Below are positions 24,540 to 28,588 of a stretch of 28,588 nt of DNA, in pieces. The DNA lies in IMG/VR virus record IMGVR_UViG_3300025137_000195, positions 1 to 28,588 of that record. One strand, written 5' to 3'. The notes under the pieces are model-generated. The model saw only the letters and a program-made list of their open reading frames with translations. It was not told where the DNA came from and did not search any database. Source of the DNA: a virus (lineage: Duplodnaviria > Caudoviricetes). The stretch's first letter is position 1, and each line of letters opens with the position of its first letter. The translations under genes and the position numbers were made by a program.

Positions 24540-25720
24540 TATTCAGTAAATACTTTTTTAGACTTCAAGGTAGAAGGGCCGTTGGGATTTATTAATTTTT
24601 TAAGACTCTGTATTACGGGTTTAGCTTGTATACCCCTTTTATTAATACTAGGTATTGGATGATTTTTTATAGTTCTTGCTCTTGCCATGTCATCAGCCAT
24701 ACCCTCTAATAGATTAAGAACATTAATTAGAAAGCCCTCAACCTGGTTACCTAACATTACCGGCTCTTTTCTTCTCTCTGATGCTGTTCTAGCTTTTTTG
24801 CCTAAAAATATCTGTGAACCGTCAAGAGACATATACTCTGTAGAATCTATATTAACAGTTCCTCCTGTATTTATTCCTATAGATTTTACACTAGAAAGTT
24901 GAATGTCATGTTCTTTTGCATTTAAAAAAAGCCTGCCAGCATTAAGTATAATCTGATTACCTTTAAATTCTTTAGCTGGGGTTGGTTTATCATCCCAAGT
25001 CTCTCTTTTATCGTTTGCCTCTTCTAAAGGTATTTGATGATCCGAGGTTAGGTATATAGAAGAAGCATCTTCATTTACATCTTCTCCGATAGAAATAAAT
25101 CCATTATCAGTAGCCTTCTGTCCATTACTTAGGATGGTAAGAGGTTTTCCTATATTTGAACCATCTACCCAAGGATTTGAAGTAGATTTACCACCTGTAA
25201 ATCTTAATGATTGCCCTTGTCTTCCTTCTATCTGTATGTCTCCTGGGCTTGATGCTATAGGATTTACATCCCCTAATTCTTTAAACTTACTGTTTTGAGA
25301 AAAATCTATATTAGGATTATTAACCGTGTCTGGGTAGAAATTACTATTGGGGCTGTTAAATATATTAACTATGCTGCTATAGTATCTTCTGGTTTTACCG
25401 CTAAAATCATTTTCAGAAGGGGTAGGCATTGGTTCTACTCTTACTATCTCACCTACTAGTGGTACTGTTTTAATAGTAGCATTAGACTGGTAAGCAAATG
25501 GTAGTTTAGTAGCATCTGTTTCTCCAACTAGAGATTCGATAGGTCTATAAAAAACTCCATTTAGAGATATTGACCCTCCTCTTACCGAGTATTGAGAATG
25601 ACTTTCATCTAATATAATATCTATAACCCTACCGTAACTAAACATAGAACCACCAGAACCTGCGCTACTTAGAGCGCTTGAACCTGCAGTTATTGTACTT
25701 TGGGAAAGTTTAAAGCTCAT
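24539..25720 (-). CDS. baseplate hub/central spike protein (gp5/gpV-like OB fold plus beta-helix), 393 aa
   Basis: GRVIDII...VPLVGEIVRV OB-fold pattern, GDIQIEGRQGQSLRF, GNQIILNAGRLFLNAK beta repeats, EPVMLGN; located upstream of gp25/gp6-like genes. Confidence 0.7.
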   Translation of the reverse strand: MSFKLSQSTITAGSSALSSAGSGGSMFSYGRVIDIILDESHSQYSVRGGSISLNGVFYRPIESLVGETDATKLPFAYQSNATIKTVPLVGEIVRVEPMPTPSENDFSGKTRRYYSSIVNIFNSPNSNFYPDTVNNPNIDFSQNSKFKELGDVNPIASSPGDIQIEGRQGQSLRFTGGKSTSNPWVDGSNIGKPLTILSNGQKATDNGFISIGEDVNEDASSIYLTSDHQIPLEEANDKRETWDDKPTPAKEFKGNQIILNAGRLFLNAKEHDIQLSSVKSIGINTGGTVNIDSTEYMSLDGSQIFLGKKARTASERRKEPVMLGNQVEGFLINVLNLLEGMADDMARARTIKNHPIPSINKRGIQAKPVIQSLKKLINPNGPSTLKSKKVFTE

Positions 25721-25725
25721 ATTAA

Positions 25726-26091
25726 TTAATCTTCTCTACTACCTGATGCTGAAGATTTAACTTCATGTTTAACTTCTTCTTGTTCTTCTAATAAATCCTG
25801 TAAGTCTGAAAAGTCAAACATTTCGCCGTCTCCGCCTTTAGCTTGGATTGCTTCTAATCTCTGAATCACTGTAGCTAATTTTATTAGATGTTCATCGTTC
25901 TTCACACCTATCTCCATATACTCTTTAATCATAGGTACTAATAAAGTAGCGTCTCCTATATTTTCTATAAGGGGTTTAAGTTCTCCTATCAAACCTTTTA
26001 CTTGAGATTTAGTTTCTCTAGAGTTATTATATATTTCTTCAAAAAGGTCAGATAGCTTCTTGCCGTTAAATATTTCTTTATCTGATTCCAT
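25726..26091 (-). CDS. hypothetical helical protein, 121 aa (possibly terminase small subunit-like)
   Basis: The ORF is clear and follows a TATTTATT motif. Two long amphipathic helices and an acidic tail; the TerS assignment is a weak inference. Confidence 0.55.
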   Translation of the reverse strand: MESDKEIFNGKKLSDLFEEIYNNSRETKSQVKGLIGELKPLIENIGDATLLVPMIKEYMEIGVKNDEHLIKLATVIQRLEAIQAKGGDGEMFDFSDLQDLLEEQEEVKHEVKSSASGSRED

Positions 26092-26101
26092 ATCTTTTTA
26101 T

Positions 26102-26109
26102 AATAAATA
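26102..26109 (-). promoter_or_regulatory. putative late promoter variant TATTTATT
   Basis: CTATTTATTATAAAAAGATATG lies in the 20-nt gap just downstream of the sigma gene, at the head of the structural module. Confidence 0.5.
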
Positions 26110-26111
26110 GA

Positions 26112-26816
26112 TTATAGTTCTTTTATTACAATTTTTCCTTTTTCGTGATATCTATGGTATATTTCATAAAAATCATCTTTTAGTATAGAGATTACTTTTG
26201 TTAAGTGGGGAGTTTCACAATCAGTCATCTCCCTAATGTATATATAAAGAGCTTTTTTCTTAAAAATATCTAAATCATATCTAGTTTTAAAAATCGTTAA
26301 TACTGCATCTGCTATCCTCTTTTCACTATCTTTTGCAAATAAAGAGTCTAATTTATCGTAAGTTTTTTCAACCCACATGTCTAAGAACTGGCTTAAGGTA
26401 ATGCCGCCTGGGAGTTTTAAGTTTAGGCTTCCTTCGAAGGATTCTTCCATATCGTCGAATGAACCTATCTGTTTTAATTTTTTATAATTTTTATTATTAT
26501 AGTTTATTAACCACCTTTTTACAATAGTGCCAAAGTATGAATAAGCTTTGGCGCCATTAGTTGCATCAAATTTCATAATTTTTTCTTCTAGTAACATAGA
26601 GACTACTTCATGCTTTAAATCTTCTATACGCTCTACATCGGTATAGTAAAACTTAAAAGTGTGAATAATGTTTTCTGCTAACTTATAAAAAGGTATGTAG
26701 ATGTGATCTGTAAAAATCCGTGCTCTATAGTCTGTATCAATAGAGAGGTTGTATCTTACAATGTATTCTTCTGTTTCTGCTGTAAAGTAGTTTGCTTTAC
26801 TCTTCTTTCTTGCCAT
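26112..26816 (-). CDS. phage RNA polymerase sigma factor, T4 gp55-like (late transcription)
   Basis: N-terminal RKKSKANYF, KLAENI, EDLKHE, and KFDATNGAKAYSYFGTIVKR matching the sigma region 2 / gp55 FD.....AYFT.I pattern. Confidence 0.7.
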   Translation of the reverse strand: MARKKSKANYFTAETEEYIVRYNLSIDTDYRARIFTDHIYIPFYKLAENIIHTFKFYYTDVERIEDLKHEVVSMLLEEKIMKFDATNGAKAYSYFGTIVKRWLINYNNKNYKKLKQIGSFDDMEESFEGSLNLKLPGGITLSQFLDMWVEKTYDKLDSLFAKDSEKRIADAVLTIFKTRYDLDIFKKKALYIYIREMTDCETPHLTKVISILKDDFYEIYHRYHEKGKIVIKEL

Positions 26817-27090
26817 AATTATCGGGGAGCATGTATCGGTCTAGCTCTTTTTGTACTAATTTTAGTTGTTCAAAAAAATAACCGACTTCATCATCCGACT
26901 GAAAAACTCCACGTTCGTCTAAACTCTGTAAGTGCTTTTGTGAATCTTTTACTATTTCTGATATAGATTGAAGATATTTTGTTTGATCCACTGTTACATC
27001 TTCATATTTTTCTACCTTTACCAGGAGATTGCGTATAGCAACACTTAAAATTATTATTAATATAGTAAGAATAATGATTGCTACGAGCAT
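26797..27090 (-). CDS. membrane-anchored coiled-coil protein, 97 aa
   Basis: Hydrophobic N-terminus MLVAIIILTILIIILSVAI followed by a helical segment; overlaps the sigma gene start. Confidence 0.75.
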   Translation of the reverse strand: MLVAIIILTILIIILSVAIRNLLVKVEKYEDVTVDQTKYLQSISEIVKDSQKHLQSLDERGVFQSDDEVGYFFEQLKLVQKELDRYMLPDNYGKKEE

Positions 27091-27091
27091 A

Positions 27092-27823
27092 TTATAGGTT
27101 TTTTAACATTTTTGATAAACCTTCTGAGGAATTTACTTTCTTTCCAGTAGAAGATTGAGTTTTTTTAGCTTTAGGATTTGAATTCCCACCGTTTCTTTTC
27201 CAAATATCGTACTCAACTTTAGAAGCTAGAAAGTCAGCAGTATGTAAAACTGATATTATAGATGTTTTCTGTCTAGATGATTCAACATTGCTGAAGAAGT
27301 AGGCTTCGTTTGCTTTATCAAATACTCCATCGTGAAGTCTAATACCTAAGAACTCTTTTTGAGAAACTTTAATTCCGAATTTTTGAAGTATAAATAGAGA
27401 TCTATCTGGGATCAACATAAAATCTAAATCTGGATTGTATGTATACATTTCTGATAGTTTATCTTGTCTCCATTTATCAGTCTGAGGTATATAATTTGGC
27501 TTATCACCGTCCCCCATTTTACCTAAATCGTGAAATAGTGCTGCGAATACTAATTCTTCCTCTTTATAATCTACACTACCGCCCATTTTAATGTAGAGTT
27601 TATGCTGTTCTAACGCATACTGTACTACTCTATTAACATGATCTACGTATCCACCGGCAAAAGCATTATGAAACCAAGTCTTTCCTGATGCAGGAGCCAT
27701 AACGTAGTTGTCTTCCATGTGTTTTAACATCTCTTTACAAGCTATAGCACGACCACCAAGGTAGTGTTCTATAATTTTAAGATGTTTGTCGTAGTTATTT
27801 TGTATTTGCTCTGCTGTTAACAT
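27092..27823 (-). CDS. HD-domain phosphohydrolase (YhaM/TraI_2-like HD domain, no OB fold)
   Basis: APAS...FHNAFAGGYVDH, ALFHDLGK, RLHDG and LHTAD metal-ligand motifs. Confidence 0.85.
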   Translation of the reverse strand: MLTAEQIQNNYDKHLKIIEHYLGGRAIACKEMLKHMEDNYVMAPASGKTWFHNAFAGGYVDHVNRVVQYALEQHKLYIKMGGSVDYKEEELVFAALFHDLGKMGDGDKPNYIPQTDKWRQDKLSEMYTYNPDLDFMLIPDRSLFILQKFGIKVSQKEFLGIRLHDGVFDKANEAYFFSNVESSRQKTSIISVLHTADFLASKVEYDIWKRNGGNSNPKAKKTQSSTGKKVNSSEGLSKMLKNL

Positions 27824-27826
27824 AGT

Positions 27827-28000
27827 TTAATCTTGAGTCTCTCTATTAAGAAACGTTAAAATATCGGATAGATTTTCTTTTATAGAATCCAAATGAACAT
27901 AGGAAGTAGCTCTTTCGTTAGTACCTATAGTAAAATTAAGTTTACTAATAGAAGATTCTATACGTTGTATCTTTCTAATAATATTTTCTTTAGTTATCAT
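27827..28000 (-). CDS. small hypothetical protein, 57 aa (not in the supplied ORF track)
   Basis: Translated by hand: MITKENIIRKIQRIESSISKLNFTIGTNERATSYVHLDSIKENLSDILTFLNRETQD*. It fills the gap and ends 3 nt before the HD gene ATG. Confidence 0.75.
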   Translation of the reverse strand: MITKENIIRKIQRIESSISKLNFTIGTNERATSYVHLDSIKENLSDILTFLNRETQD

Positions 28001-28062
28001 ATCAATTTAAAAAATAATTAATTTATTAATAATAAAATTATAATTACTATAATAATATCTAT

Positions 28063-28091
28063 AAGGTAATAAAAATAATTCGAAAAAGCAA
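28063..28091 (-). promoter_or_regulatory. sigma70-like promoter (TTGCTT-N17-TACCTT)
   Basis: TTGCTT (28091-28086), a 17-nt spacer, then TACCTT (28068-28063). Same layout as 1697-1725. Confidence 0.55.
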
Positions 28092-28588
28092 CTATTCTAT
28101 AATAAATTTTTCTTCAAAATATTGAGAATTACTTTTTGAACCTCCATCCCAATATATTTCTGCTCTAATTACGATTGTATCCCCTATAAATTCATTAGGA
28201 ATAGGACCAACTATACGTTTAGCCCATTTTCTACCTTGAATTGCTGGTAAATATTCTGTATTCTGAGGAGAATTATTAAGGTATATGGTAGTACTCTGTA
28301 CTATATCTACTGTTACCCCGTTACTAAGAGTCCAAAAAGAACCTGATTCAAAAGCTGCTTGCACAACTCCAATATCATTATAGTAATAATAAGGATCTAC
28401 ATCATCTGCTTCTATAAAGATATCAAATCTAGGTAAGTACTCTCCGTTAAAATCTAAATCTACATGGTAAATTCCATTTGAATCCTTAGGATACGGTATA
28501 AACAACCTTCCATCACAATTTCCATCAGGGCATAGTGAAGGATTAATCTCTTCTTTAGTACATGATACAGTTAACACCGTAAGCACTA
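28092..28588 (-). CDS. lipoprotein, probably 5'-truncated by the window edge
   Basis: Hydrophobic stretch, lipobox TVSC, then TKEE. The frame is open to the window end, so the true start is likely outside the window. Confidence 0.7.
   Translation of the reverse strand, partial: VLTVLTVSCTKEEINPSLCPDGNCDGRLFIPYPKDSNGIYHVDLDFNGEYLPRFDIFIEADDVDPYYYYNDIGVVQAAFESGSFWTLSNGVTVDIVQSTTIYLNNSPQNTEYLPAIQGRKWAKRIVGPIPNEFIGDTIVIRAEIYWDGGSKSNSQYFEEKFIIE

Noticed and set aside
2899-26966. Short plus-strand ORFs in the track (e.g. 2899-3156, 6410-6688, 9366-9623, 12658-12936, 23707-23961, 26703-26966)
   Set aside because: All lie antisense to long, motif-bearing minus-strand genes and have no recognisable motifs; they are best explained as shadow ORFs.
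26797-27090. Spanin or holin
   Set aside because: There is no adjacent endolysin or embedded o-spanin lipoprotein, and a single TM helix plus coiled coil is not specific.
1-28588. Stop-codon reassignment, as seen in some large phages
   Set aside because: The standard code gives dense, full-length genes, and TAA, TAG and TGA all occur as stops at tight gene junctions.

Overview
This AT-rich window looks like part of a large contractile-tailed (myovirus-type, distantly T4-like) phage genome. The host is probably Bacteroidota: leaders are A-rich with no Shine-Dalgarno motif, and one gene encodes a lipoprotein with a C-x-K-E-E export signal. All credible genes are on the minus strand. In transcription order (right to left) they are: lipoprotein, small ORF, HD-domain hydrolase, membrane protein, gp55-like late sigma factor, baseplate module (spike/hub, gp25-like and gp6-like wedge proteins, DNRLRE-like protein, large structural proteins), four tail-fibre/adhesin genes, a small fibre-associated protein, a GT9-like glycosyltransferase and a GIY-YIG nuclease. 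Two promoter classes are visible: TATTTATA before structural genes and TTGCnT-N17-TAnnTT before non-structural genes. The standout feature is the ~380-nt gap at 10163-10541. It holds a complete, ORF-less group I ribozyme core (P3-P9, subgroup IA-like) behind its own late-type promoter and interrupts no gene. Its internal guide sequence (CAGUCCA, at the 5' end) pairs, with a G-U wobble, with UGGAU/U lying 45 nt downstream of the terminal omega-G. This is the geometry of a naturally circularly permuted group I intron. It is predicted to release a 45-nt, 60% GC circular RNA and to re-process the 5' end of the downstream tail-fibre mRNA. All family assignments come from motif recognition by eye; no database search was run.
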